31,081 bases of DNA from a virus (Duplodnaviria > Caudoviricetes). The position numbers and the translations under genes were made by a program. Shown here piece by piece: positions 8,689 through 18,658 of the stretch. Within the stretch, counting starts at the first letter, position 1. The number at the start of each line of letters is the position of its first letter. Location of the stretch: positions 1-31,081 of IMG/VR virus record IMGVR_UViG_3300013020_000009. One strand, 5' to 3'. The notes beneath the pieces are model-generated. The model was not told the origin of the DNA. It was given only the letters and a program-made list of their open reading frames with translations, and ran no database searches.

Positions 8689-8795
8689 AATAATTGATTA
8701 TTGGATGAGTCCGTTCGCTACTATGCAGGGCTTGGCTCGTATTGCAGGTAACCACTCCTGACCAAGTTCCGCAACTCTTTTTATAACCAATTATT
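8689..8795 (-). ncRNA. Candidate structured RNA in the thyA 5' leader (family not recognised)
   Basis: GC-rich island with five nested helices containing four G.U pairs that form only on the minus (thyA-sense) strand; ends 14 nt before the thyA ATG. Confidence 0.65.
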
Positions 8796-8800
8796 GTTTT

Positions 8801-9022
8801 TTAATGATTGCAATATGTTTTAATAATAGAATCTATTTCATTTATTAATTTATCTGGCATATTTGAGGTTATTAATGTGATAGTTTCACCAACTTTATAG
8901 TTTTCAACAAACATAGGGATTGTTTCAGATTGTTTTCTACCAATAACATTGTATTGTTTAATACTTATATCATCCAAATTAAATGTTATTTCTTTTTCTA
9001 GTATTTCTAAATTTCCCTTCAT
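8801..9022 (-). CDS. Hypothetical protein
   Basis: 73-aa ORF packed co-directionally between dut and thyA. Confidence 0.6.
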   Translation of the reverse strand: MKGNLEILEKEITFNLDDISIKQYNVIGRKQSETIPMFVENYKVGETITLITSNMPDKLINEIDSIIKTYCNH

Positions 9023-9029
9023 AATAACG

Positions 9030-9470
9030 TTATTTTACACCAGTATGACCAAATCCACCTTCACCTCTTTGAGTTGTAGTACTAAACAACCCAACTTCAT
9101 GAAACATTGCTTTTTCATGTTCAGCAATTACCATTTGACAAACCCTATCACCATCTTTAATTATATAATCTTCATTGGATAAATTAATCATAATAGCTTT
9201 AATTTCACCTCTATAGTCACTATCCACAGTCCCCGGAGAGTTTAAAACAGTAATTCCATTATTTGCAGCTAATCCTGAACGAGGTCTTATTTGTGCTTCA
9301 AAACCTATTGGTAATTCAATATAAATACCTGTAGGCACTATTGCTCTTTCAAGAGGTTTAAGTACAATATCTTCTTCAATATTTGCACACAAATCAACAC
9401 CTGCAGATTCTTCTGTTTTATATTCAGGTAATCTGTTTTTTGATTCATTTATAATGTTTACTATTACCAT
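9030..9470 (-). CDS. dut: Trimeric dUTPase
   Basis: All five motifs: [39 protein letters not shown]. Confidence 0.97.
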   Translation of the reverse strand: MVIVNIINESKNRLPEYKTEESAGVDLCANIEEDIVLKPLERAIVPTGIYIELPIGFEAQIRPRSGLAANNGITVLNSPGTVDSDYRGEIKAIMINLSNEDYIIKDGDRVCQMVIAEHEKAMFHEVGLFSTTTQRGEGGFGHTGVK

Positions 9471-9474
9471 ATTT

Positions 9475-9831
9475 TTAAATTTTTTCTAAATCTTCAATAT
9501 TTATTTTTAATTCTTTTTTATAATATTTTATTTTAACCAATAAATGAAAACTATCGATTATTTTAATTATTTTACCTTTGAATGTTTTAAAATCATTATA
9601 ACCTTTTGATTGGTATAAATTTTCTTTTAAATATTCTGATGAATAAGCACAAACAAATATTTCTACATCATCACCAATATTATATTCTATTTTACCATAT
9701 CCTTCACATTTAGAACAAACGTCTCTTTTACAAAATTTACCACACAAAAGACATTTACCATTATCTATATATTCACAACAACAACTAGAAAATGAACCCT
9801 CACCGTAACATTCATTGCAAGTAATAATCAT
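9475..9831 (-). CDS. Cys-rich protein with DnaJ-type zinc-finger repeats
   Basis: CNECYGEG ... CSKCEGYG (CxxCxGxG twice) enclosing CCC..CLLC..C. Confidence 0.65.
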   Translation of the reverse strand: MIITCNECYGEGSFSSCCCEYIDNGKCLLCGKFCKRDVCSKCEGYGKIEYNIGDDVEIFVCAYSSEYLKENLYQSKGYNDFKTFKGKIIKIIDSFHLLVKIKYYKKELKINIEDLEKI

Positions 9832-10157
9832 TTTTCATTCTTTTTTATATAATTATCGATTAAATTAGTTATATCTTCTAAGGATTCATTAAAGTTAGTT
9901 AAATCATATAAATCTTTTTGGGTAAAATTATAGGTGTCTATAATTTCTTTATCTGATTTATCATCAGAATATTCATCATTGATTTTATTAATTGTTTTTA
10001 ACAATTCTTTAGCTAAACCACCCCTATCTTCATCAATTATTGAATAACGACCATTGTACTCTTTATAGATTGAATCGTCAGCATAATAGTTTAAAACAAC
10101 CATAAATCTTTCAATAAGGCCGTCATTATTCGTTAATATTTGTTTTATTTTCTCCAT
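9828..10157 (-). CDS. Hypothetical protein
   Basis: 109-aa ORF overlapping both neighbours in a tightly packed operon. Confidence 0.65.
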   Translation of the reverse strand: MEKIKQILTNNDGLIERFMVVLNYYADDSIYKEYNGRYSIIDEDRGGLAKELLKTINKINDEYSDDKSDKEIIDTYNFTQKDLYDLTNFNESLEDITNLIDNYIKKNEK

Positions 10158-10476
10158 TTTTTTTATAATTTTCTATTATACTTTCAACTTCTTTTATTTC
10201 ACTTTCAAAAAGCTTATATTCAAATCTATATTGATGAATAGGATTAGTTTTTATATTCTGATTGAAAAACTTCCCTTGTGATTCAGCATTTTCAAAATTC
10301 TCATATAATTCTTTATCTACATTAATATATGAATAACCATGTCCACGTTTAAAGAAAATATAAAATTTTTCATTATCCTCAAAATATATTGTTTTTGTAA
10401 TATTTGACGAATCAAATATACACTCTACATATTTTTTTCCTTTGTCATCCGTAACTACTGTTTTTTCTAAAATCAT
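10126..10476 (-). CDS. KTSC-domain protein
   Basis: DSSNI..Y....FYIFFKRGHGYSYINV...YENFENAESQGKFFNQNIK matches the KTSC pattern. Confidence 0.85.
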   Translation of the reverse strand: MILEKTVVTDDKGKKYVECIFDSSNITKTIYFEDNEKFYIFFKRGHGYSYINVDKELYENFENAESQGKFFNQNIKTNPIHQYRFEYKLFESEIKEVESIIENYKKNGENKTNINE

Positions 10477-10481
10477 ATTTT

Positions 10482-10667
10482 TTATTTTTTAGACAATTCA
10501 ACTTGATTTAATAATGAGTTAGCTAAACGAATAGCTTCAGGCATACTAAGATCGATAAATGCTTCATCATCATAATTTTCTATTTGAAGCTGTATTACAC
10601 GGCCACCAATTACTGTTATTTTTTGATCATCATAATCAATAATTTTTTCTATTAGATTATTTTCCAT
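10482..10667 (-). CDS. Hypothetical protein (first gene of the KTSC-dut-thyA operon)
   Basis: 61-aa ORF downstream of a host-type promoter. Confidence 0.6.
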   Translation of the reverse strand: MENNLIEKIIDYDDQKITVIGGRVIQLQIENYDDEAFIDLSMPEAIRLANSLLNQVELSKK

Positions 10668-10713
10668 ATTTATTTTTTATGTGTTCAATTTTATTATTAA
10701 TTTATAGTTAATG

Positions 10714-10744
10714 CAAAAATAAGTAATTTATTTATAGTTTACAA
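10714..10744 (-). promoter_or_regulatory. Bacteroidetes-type promoter for the KTSC/dut/thyA operon
   Basis: Minus strand TTG (10742-10744), 20-nt spacer, TATTTTTG (10714-10721). Confidence 0.7.
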
Positions 10745-10765
10745 CTATTTATGAAACTATTTATA
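10744..10765 (+). promoter_or_regulatory. Tandem putative late promoters (ACTATTTAT twice)
   Basis: Copies at 10744-10752 and 10756-10765, upstream of the ATG at 10782. Confidence 0.7.
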
Positions 10766-10781
10766 AAAAAAGATTTAAATT

Positions 10782-11543
10782 ATGATGCCAGATAAAAAAT
10801 ATAAATCTATTGATTATAGTTATGAAGTATTAAGAAATACTGATAAATATTTGGAATATGGGTTTGATAAATTACAAAATTTATTATATCGAACTGATAA
10901 AAATACTATACATTTACCAAGGTCTATTGATTTTTTTGATTTAGATTTAGCAATAAAAAATTTATTTGAGAGTGGTCAGCTTAGTTTAAATATTGACGGG
11001 AATAAAGTACCTACATTTTATATGGAAAATGAACGATGGGGAGAATTTTCTAAAACATGGAAAATGACTGATAAAGATAAAAACGTTCCAACACCTTATA
11101 TTACTATTAGAAGGGTTGAAAAAAGTCCCGGTACTAGAATGGAAAAAAGTAATGTTGTTCAAAATAGACTTTTCACATATAAAGAGATACCAATAATGGA
11201 TGATGGGCAATTAATAAAATTATTAATGAAAATGCCACAACCTACTAATGTGGATTTGATCTATGAAGTAAATTTATTTACAAAATATCGTGTTGATGTA
11301 AACGAAATGGATAAATTAATATTGAAAAAATACGCATCAAGACAATTATATATAAATATAAATGGATCGTACATGGCAACATTATTAGAAGATATTGATG
11401 AAGCAAATACAATCCAAAATATAGATGATGATAAATATATTGTTGGTAAATACAAGATAAAATTACTTGGTTTTATTCAAGATGAAAAAGATTTTAAAAT
11501 AACTAAATCAACAAGATTACCCAATATATCTTATGATATTTAA
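10782..11543 (+). CDS. Tail terminator / sheath stabiliser, T4 gp15-like
   Basis: ERW...VPTPYITIRR...PQPTNVDLIYEVNLFTKYRVDVNEM resembles gp15-family (LP.I...; P.P.....Y.L.I.T....D..QI). Confidence 0.65.
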   Translation: MMPDKKYKSIDYSYEVLRNTDKYLEYGFDKLQNLLYRTDKNTIHLPRSIDFFDLDLAIKNLFESGQLSLNIDGNKVPTFYMENERWGEFSKTWKMTDKDKNVPTPYITIRRVEKSPGTRMEKSNVVQNRLFTYKEIPIMDDGQLIKLLMKMPQPTNVDLIYEVNLFTKYRVDVNEMDKLILKKYASRQLYININGSYMATLLEDIDEANTIQNIDDDKYIVGKYKIKLLGFIQDEKDFKITKSTRLPNISYDI

Positions 11544-12238
11544 TCAAATTCAATATTATCTTTATTAACAATAAAACTATCTCCAATTGGGTAAGTTGGT
11601 AATTTATTTTGTTTAATGTTTAATGTATTTTTATATGTGTTATTGTATGTATTAGCATCAATATTATAAAAATTAAATTTGGTAAACTCAAACGTTTTAT
11701 CTTCTTTATTAATGTGTATATCGAATAATATATCTTCTTGTGAACTTATTATTTGTGAATGTGAAAATTGATATATTTCACCATTTTTAGAATTAAAAAA
11801 AGTAAATTTACCATAATAAATATCATTAACTATATTATTCGGTATTTCTATGTCAGAAATATTATCATATACGAAATCATTGATTGGAATGTAAGGAATA
11901 TAATAATTAAATATTTTATTCCTTACATTGGGGTTGATTTTATCAAAAACCTCTAATAAAAAAAATGATTTTTTAGCATAAGGATACTGATTATTTTCAA
12001 AACCTATATCATTTATACTTGTACTACCACTAAAATAAAATGAAATATCATTATCATTTAAATTTTTATATATTGAAAAATCACCATCAATAATCTCATT
12101 AATACTTTCAGTTTTAACCTTTTCAATATACGAATTAAAAATAAATTCGTCTTTAATAAATGAATTTTTATTATCGATTGGAATTTTTATAGTTTTATCT
12201 TTAAAATCCCTAATAAAATTATATTTAATTTTTAACAT
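11540..12238 (-). CDS. Hypothetical protein, probably virion structural
   Basis: Last gene of a three-gene unit behind a late-type motif; rich in aromatic, Asn and Asp residues with a beta-strand-like pattern. Confidence 0.6.
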   Translation of the reverse strand: MLKIKYNFIRDFKDKTIKIPIDNKNSFIKDEFIFNSYIEKVKTESINEIIDGDFSIYKNLNDNDISFYFSGSTSINDIGFENNQYPYAKKSFFLLEVFDKINPNVRNKIFNYYIPYIPINDFVYDNISDIEIPNNIVNDIYYGKFTFFNSKNGEIYQFSHSQIISSQEDILFDIHINKEDKTFEFTKFNFYNIDANTYNNTYKNTLNIKQNKLPTYPIGDSFIVNKDNIEFD

Positions 12239-13389
12239 AAATCACCATAATTAGAAGTATCAATATTATTATCTTCTGTTATATATTCTTTCATAACAGG
12301 TTTGAATTTATTATATGTATTGGTATCAGAAATATCAGGTATTAATTTTAAAATATTATTATTATATAAATAATGTTTTCCATTTATAAATGGAAAATTA
12401 GTACCAATACCATATAAATTATCCACAAAACCTTTATCTATTAAATTCCTCCATATGTAATTACCTTGATCATCTAATTTAATTGCTTGTTCTGGAAATT
12501 CAACATATGTTCTACCTGAAACATTTTCAACATTTATTTCATTTTCTAAATAATCTATTTTTATGGGTATGAATAAATCATATTTCCATGTTATACTTTC
12601 AGTTGTACCAGAGTTATCATAGAATGTTTCAATTTTAATTGTTTTATCATATAATTTTGTTTCAGAATAATTATTTAAATTCCAATAAACAACATCTCCA
12701 TCAATAATATCTCCAATATTAAATGACATCGTATCTCCGGTTAACATTATTTCATTATAAATTACTTCAATACTATAATCGTCTACAACATAATCACTAA
12801 TATAAACTTTCTCATCATTATCAATTGTACCTATATAATTTTTTTTATAAATTGGCATAATATATAGTTCGGTTATTGGTTTACCAAACCAGTCATATTT
12901 ATACTCTAAATTAATATCTTTATTTATTAAATAATAATATTTTATATCACCAAAAATATTTTTAGAATAACCTTGTTTATTAATAATAAAATCAGTGTTT
13001 TTTGCGATAACTTCAAATTTTCTTAAAAAAGTATTACCAGTAATATTATCATAATTTAATGTTTCGTCTAAATTATTTATTGGTTTAACTAAGTAAAAAT
13101 CAAAACTATTAAATATATTTTTATTATCATTATTAACCTTTTTAAAAAAATCTTCAAAATATTCATAATTTGTAGTAATACCATTTAATAATGAGAAAAA
13201 TTCAATACCCCCATAAATAAAGTATTTGTTTGAATTTTGTCTTTCTTTATCAAATTGATCTGAAACATTTACATATTCTGTAAGTTTACTTTCAATTATT
13301 TTCTTTTCAGTGTTTTTTAAAAATAATTGTTTAAAAATATCACTATTTACACCATTAATATGTTTATATTCGCCTAATTGTTCAATCAT
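12232..13389 (-). CDS. Hypothetical protein, probably virion structural
   Basis: 385-aa ORF abutting its neighbours; carries four [ST]GxT motifs. Confidence 0.65.
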   Translation of the reverse strand: MIEQLGEYKHINGVNSDIFKQLFLKNTEKKIIESKLTEYVNVSDQFDKERQNSNKYFIYGGIEFFSLLNGITTNYEYFEDFFKKVNNDNKNIFNSFDFYLVKPINNLDETLNYDNITGNTFLRKFEVIAKNTDFIINKQGYSKNIFGDIKYYYLINKDINLEYKYDWFGKPITELYIMPIYKKNYIGTIDNDEKVYISDYVVDDYSIEVIYNEIMLTGDTMSFNIGDIIDGDVVYWNLNNYSETKLYDKTIKIETFYDNSGTTESITWKYDLFIPIKIDYLENEINVENVSGRTYVEFPEQAIKLDDQGNYIWRNLIDKGFVDNLYGIGTNFPFINGKHYLYNNNILKLIPDISDTNTYNKFKPVMKEYITEDNNIDTSNYGDLC

Positions 13390-15762
13390 TTAAATAAAAT
13401 TTAAATTGTATAATGTTTTTATTGCATCATTTTCATAGAAACCTTTAAATATATATGGGCCTTCATCATACAATGGTACATATGCACCATTGTAATCATT
13501 ATAACTACCATTACTATTATTCGTATCATGATTATAATATATTGTATCTGAAGAATCTATGATATTATTATCCACCAATTTTTTTAAATGTATTGATCTT
13601 GAATCTATATTTGACAATATATTTAAATGTGATTCAGGTATTTCAATTATATCTGTTTTAAAAGTATCACCTCTTATTATATTTTTAGGGGTATAAATAT
13701 CACCTAAAACATGTTGTTGAATATCTGTTCTATGTTCCAAAAACCAACTATTCCTATTCTGAGTATAATCACCAAAAATCATTTTAGAAACCATTAAATC
13801 TCTTTCTTCTCCATAAGTAGTATAATCACGAGCATATGAAAATTGTGGTATTAATATAAACATATTAACCCATTGAGCACCGAAATATCTTTGTTCTAAA
13901 CCATAAAGGAATCCATTATCTGTTTTAATATTTTTATATGCTATTTTATTATAAGGAAACTCATAATTATATGTTTTATATTGAGTTTCGCCACTACTAA
14001 TACTATCAAAACCACCATCTGTTGTTGGAGCTGTTCCACCTGTATAATTAATTGTTTCACCACTATAATTAAACACATCAGATTTAAAAATATAATTATC
14101 AATTAAATCTAAACCTGCTGTACGAAATATAAAACCACCTATAAGACAAACTTCTCTTTCATATTGTTCACCACTATCTGGTTCATTATCAGGTAATATT
14201 AATTTGTTATCTGGATCTTCTAAAGTGTTCGTTAACCAATCATTTTTTATGTATGTTGTTGGAAAAAACCCACTAACACTATAATATTTACCTATTCCCA
14301 ATGAAAAATACTTTTTTTTCCATTTTTCACTTTCCATATATCTATCAAATTCGGAATCTTCTGGATTATCTTCATCACTAACATTTCTTAAAGAATATTC
14401 AGATTGTGGTATTTTTAATATCCCTCTAGTATTATAAGCTTTATCACCACCATAATAAGTATCCCCATTATGATTTTGTGTTATTGGTAATTCTGCTTCA
14501 TTATCATTATAATCAATCAAAACCATTCCTAAGAAATTAGTAAAAACACCCTTTTCACTGTCTTCATCTATAGGAACCAATTCTCCTTGTTCATTAGTAA
14601 TTCTTCTATCCCTATTACAATTAATAACTAAAACAAAAAATCCATTATTAACATAATAATAATATTCTGATTCATCTAATTCAACAATATCAGTTCTAGT
14701 ATTTATTAAACTATTATTTTTATAATCATTAATATCTGTAAAAGTAGTACCTGTTAAATCTTTATCAATATCACTCTTATTGATATAATTAGGATAAGTA
14801 AAAACTTTAATATTTAAATCATTTGAACCTCTTAAAGTTCTAATATCCATATTTATTTCATTATTAGATTCATTAGATAAAAAATAGAAAGATGAATTAT
14901 TTCTATCATCACCATCATAAGAAATATCTGGTGTACCAATAACACATGGTTCACCCATTGTACCAATTGTACCAAAAACAATTGTACTTGATCTTATTTG
15001 TGCTCTTATATTAAAATCTTGTCTAGTTATACCAATTTCAAAATTTTCTTTATCACCCCAAAAAGGTATTACATTAACACCGATTTCTTGTGTTTCAATA
15101 TTTGGTAAATCTTCTAATCTTTTTTGTTCAATAATACTAAACCCATCTTCACTAAATAGATTTTCAGAATAACCTAAATTTTGAATCATTTCAATTGGTG
15201 ACATAGAATATGGGCCAATATCTGTAATATCCACACTCATATGAACTGTTTGAATACCAGTAGGTACACCAAATAACATATAATCACCAGAATCATTAGT
15301 TATTGTAGTATATTTATAATATTTTTCATAAATTTCTAATTGTGTTTCATCTACGGATATTTCAACTTTATTTGGAAAACTACCGAATGGTTGTTTTGGT
15401 TTATAATTACCATTTTCATCTAAAATAGATGTTCGAGGTAATAAATTATATCTTTTATTAAATTTATTTATATCTCTGGGTGTTTCATATGGATATAAAG
15501 CTACAATATCTGGATTATTTTTATCTTCTTCTGATATAGGTATAAATAATGATATTCTTGCATTCGGAATACCAATATTATCATTACCATTAACTCTACC
15601 AACAACAACACCAAAATCAGAATTAAATGAATTGTATATATCTTTCTGTGTTATTTTTAAAGATAATACACTTAACTCTTCAGTATCTTGACTCAAATTA
15701 ATTTTAAAATGAGTATCACTATTATTTAAATTTAATTTTATTCTTTTTGAATTATTACTCAT
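13390..15762 (-). CDS. Large putative baseplate/tail-associated protein with N-terminal carboxypeptidase-regulatory (prealbumin-like) domain
   Basis: VVVGRVNGNDNIGIPNARISL ... TTITNDSGDYMLFGVPTGIQTVHMSVD; divergent from the sheath gene; late-type motif upstream. Confidence 0.6.
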   Translation of the reverse strand: MSNNSKRIKLNLNNSDTHFKINLSQDTEELSVLSLKITQKDIYNSFNSDFGVVVGRVNGNDNIGIPNARISLFIPISEEDKNNPDIVALYPYETPRDINKFNKRYNLLPRTSILDENGNYKPKQPFGSFPNKVEISVDETQLEIYEKYYKYTTITNDSGDYMLFGVPTGIQTVHMSVDITDIGPYSMSPIEMIQNLGYSENLFSEDGFSIIEQKRLEDLPNIETQEIGVNVIPFWGDKENFEIGITRQDFNIRAQIRSSTIVFGTIGTMGEPCVIGTPDISYDGDDRNNSSFYFLSNESNNEINMDIRTLRGSNDLNIKVFTYPNYINKSDIDKDLTGTTFTDINDYKNNSLINTRTDIVELDESEYYYYVNNGFFVLVINCNRDRRITNEQGELVPIDEDSEKGVFTNFLGMVLIDYNDNEAELPITQNHNGDTYYGGDKAYNTRGILKIPQSEYSLRNVSDEDNPEDSEFDRYMESEKWKKKYFSLGIGKYYSVSGFFPTTYIKNDWLTNTLEDPDNKLILPDNEPDSGEQYEREVCLIGGFIFRTAGLDLIDNYIFKSDVFNYSGETINYTGGTAPTTDGGFDSISSGETQYKTYNYEFPYNKIAYKNIKTDNGFLYGLEQRYFGAQWVNMFILIPQFSYARDYTTYGEERDLMVSKMIFGDYTQNRNSWFLEHRTDIQQHVLGDIYTPKNIIRGDTFKTDIIEIPESHLNILSNIDSRSIHLKKLVDNNIIDSSDTIYYNHDTNNSNGSYNDYNGAYVPLYDEGPYIFKGFYENDAIKTLYNLNFI

Positions 15763-15780
15763 AATAACTAAAGTATTTAT

Positions 15781-15790
15781 TATAAATAAT
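15781..15790 (-). promoter_or_regulatory. Putative late promoter variant (ATTATTTATA)
   Basis: 18 nt upstream of the ATG at 15762. Confidence 0.5.
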
Positions 15791-15837
15791 CAACATTATA
15801 AAAATATTTCGATTTTATGTCTTTTCTATAAAAAAAT

Positions 15838-15847
15838 ACTATTTATA
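15838..15847 (+). promoter_or_regulatory. Putative late promoter ACTATTTATA (sheath)
   Basis: 40 nt upstream of the sheath ATG. Confidence 0.7.
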
Positions 15848-15887
15848 TATAAGATAATAATATAAAAAATTATAAAATAATAATATT

Positions 15888-18644
15888 ATGGCAGATTTTG
15901 TTTTTACTTCTCCCGGTGTAAAATTCAGGGAAAGAAATTTAACTTATGTATCAAGAAATGTTGGTGTAACAACATTAGGATCAGTAGGTGAAACTATTAA
16001 AGGGCCAGCATTTGAACCTATTTTTGTTCAAGATTTTGGTGATTTCAGAAATCGTTTTGGTGGATTAAATTATGATAAATTTTCAAATGAACAATTAAAA
16101 TATCAATTACCTTATGTAGCAAACTCTTATTTGTCTGAATCAAGTCAAATGTGGGTTACAAGGGTGTTAGGATTATCTGGTTATGATGCAGGTAAAGCAT
16201 GGGCATTAAACCTTAGTGCTGGAGTTGATTATAATACTACTGGTGCAACAACTAATGTAACTAATAGTACAGATACTAGTAATGATGGTTTTTATTTAGG
16301 AACCAGAATTTTAGAAGTTGGTGATAGTGGTAATTATTTTTCTGGGTTTGAAAAAGTTGGTGCTAATTCTTTTGAAGGTAATTTTATTGAATTTACAGCA
16401 ACAACTGTTAATGGTTTAGATATTACTGTTGACACTCAAACTACTGTTTATTCAGGCGAATCATTATCTGAATATGAAAACATGGTTTTAGGTGTTATTA
16501 GATCCAGAGCTACAGTTGAAGATATTGCAGATGGTGAACCACAATATAATTTTAAAACACAGAATGTTCAAATATCTAATAATTCAACTTTAAACGGTAC
16601 TGGTGATATGTTTGGAGAAATTACCATCAGTGTTGATGTTATTACTGGTGATACGGTTAGTGAAACTGAAACTAAAGAATATGTTGTATCATTAAATCCT
16701 AATGATAGAAATTACATTGTTAATGTTTTAGGTAATAATGTGAAAGGTAAAAATACTCCAATATATGTTGAAGCGATTTATCCAGATTTAATAAAAAAAT
16801 TAGATTCTGATGAATTAGGTTTTGGTATTAATGATACTTTAATAGATATTAATAGTAATTCATTTGCTGATTATAAAGAACAATATAAAACACCTCAAAC
16901 ACCTTGGATTGTATCTGAACTTAGAGGTAGTGAAATTGAAAGATTGTTTAGATTTATTAGTATTTCTGATGGAACATCTGCAAATAAAGAAATTAAAATA
17001 TCAATACAAAATATAAATCCTGTATCACAAGAATTTGATATAATTATTCGTGATTTTAACGATACTGATGCAAATATGATTATTCTTGAATCGTATAGTA
17101 GATGTTCAATGAGAAAAGAATTGAATAATTATGTTGGTTCTAGGATTGGTACTAAAGACGGTGAATATGAATTGAAAAGTAATTATGTTATGTTGGAAAT
17201 GAACCCAGATGCACCAGAAGATTCATTTGCTTGTGGTTTTGAGGGTTATTATGTACCAAATTTTGAATCAGAATATACGGATACTACTAGTGGTATTGAT
17301 GGTGTTGTTCCTAAGATTTTTTATAATAAATCATATGAAAATGATGATAATATTAATAGAACTTATTTAGGTATCACAGAAAGAGCATATGATGGTACTA
17401 GTGTTAGAGGTACTGGTATTAACCAAAATTTATTTAATTATTATGGGGTTACTGAAAAAGTAAAAACAAAAGGATTTCATTTAGATTCTGGTAGTACACA
17501 AACATATGAAGATGGTACTTATGTTATTGGTGAATTTGAAACTGGTGAAGGTAGATTGAGAGATTATTCAGATATTGAATCTGCAGTAGATGTATATTAT
17601 GAAGAAAATACTAGAAAATTCACATTAGTACCTTATGGTGGATTTGATGGTTGGGATGAACATAGAACAAATAGGACTTATGGTGATTTATATAGAAAGG
17701 GTGGTATATTAGATGGTGTTGCTGATGGTGTAACTCCGAAAACAGATTTTCAAGCATGGGAGAATGCAATTAATACCTTTTCAAACCCCGAAGCAGTAAC
17801 AATTAATGTTTTTACCACACCCGGAATTAATTGGAGTGATAATAATATATTGGTTAAAAATACTTTGAGAATGATTGAAACTCAAAGGAACGATTCAATT
17901 TATATTATTGATTCACCAGATATTTATGATGAGTTAAGTGTAGGTGCTGAAAAACCCGATATTAGATTTTCTAAAGAAGTTACAGAATTATTAGAAACTG
18001 CTAATATTGATAGTAGTTATGCTGCAACATACTTTCCTTATATTCAAATAAGAGATAATGAAAATAATGCTAATGTATGGTTACCACCAACAGGTGAAAT
18101 TGTAAAATCAATTGCTTTTACAGATAATATTAAATTTCCTTGGTTTGCACCAGCAGGTTTACAAAGAGGTGTTGTTTCAGCAATAAAAACTAGATATAAA
18201 TTATCACAAGAAGCAAGAGATATATTATATTCAGGTAGAATTAATCCTATTGCTGAATTTGCTAATACTGGTGTTGCTATATTTGGTCAAAAAACGTTAC
18301 AAACAACAGAAAATGCATTGGACAGAATTAATGTTAGAAGATTAATATTAGAATTAAAAGTATTGATTTCTAATATATCGACAAGATTATTGTTTGAACA
18401 AAACGATGATACAACAATAGATCAATTCTTAACCAAAACAAGACCAATATTACAACGAGTACAAAGAGAACGTGGTTTGAGGGATTTTAGAATTGTTATG
18501 GATGATACAAATAATACTCCTGAAAGTAAAGATAGGAATGAATTATATGGTGAAATATATATTAAACCAACATCCTCTCTTGAGTTCTTAGGTATTGGAT
18601 TTACATTAATGCCTACTGGAGCATCTTTCGATGAGACAATATAA
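15888..18644 (+). CDS. gp18: Contractile tail sheath protein (gp18 family)
   Basis: N-terminal SPGVKFRE; C-terminal PWFAPAGLQRG, INPI, IFGQKTL, ALDRINVRRL, LFEQND, IYIKPT. Confidence 0.96.
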   Translation: MADFVFTSPGVKFRERNLTYVSRNVGVTTLGSVGETIKGPAFEPIFVQDFGDFRNRFGGLNYDKFSNEQLKYQLPYVANSYLSESSQMWVTRVLGLSGYDAGKAWALNLSAGVDYNTTGATTNVTNSTDTSNDGFYLGTRILEVGDSGNYFSGFEKVGANSFEGNFIEFTATTVNGLDITVDTQTTVYSGESLSEYENMVLGVIRSRATVEDIADGEPQYNFKTQNVQISNNSTLNGTGDMFGEITISVDVITGDTVSETETKEYVVSLNPNDRNYIVNVLGNNVKGKNTPIYVEAIYPDLIKKLDSDELGFGINDTLIDINSNSFADYKEQYKTPQTPWIVSELRGSEIERLFRFISISDGTSANKEIKISIQNINPVSQEFDIIIRDFNDTDANMIILESYSRCSMRKELNNYVGSRIGTKDGEYELKSNYVMLEMNPDAPEDSFACGFEGYYVPNFESEYTDTTSGIDGVVPKIFYNKSYENDDNINRTYLGITERAYDGTSVRGTGINQNLFNYYGVTEKVKTKGFHLDSGSTQTYEDGTYVIGEFETGEGRLRDYSDIESAVDVYYEENTRKFTLVPYGGFDGWDEHRTNRTYGDLYRKGGILDGVADGVTPKTDFQAWENAINTFSNPEAVTINVFTTPGINWSDNNILVKNTLRMIETQRNDSIYIIDSPDIYDELSVGAEKPDIRFSKEVTELLETANIDSSYAATYFPYIQIRDNENNANVWLPPTGEIVKSIAFTDNIKFPWFAPAGLQRGVVSAIKTRYKLSQEARDILYSGRINPIAEFANTGVAIFGQKTLQTTENALDRINVRRLILELKVLISNISTRLLFEQNDDTTIDQFLTKTRPILQRVQRERGLRDFRIVMDDTNNTPESKDRNELYGEIYIKPTSSLEFLGIGFTLMPTGASFDETI

Positions 18645-18658
18645 CAAATTATCGAATT

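Noticed and set aside
8681-8795. Leader-peptide reading (IGYKKSCGTWSG...) or tRNA/SRP/cobalamin/hammerhead identity for the thyA leader
   Set aside because: No ATG for the peptide and no cloverleaf. Only fragmentary likeness to SRP (GGUCAGG...AGCCAAG without the GNRA loop) and the B12 box; hammerhead CUGAUGA/GAAA core is absent.
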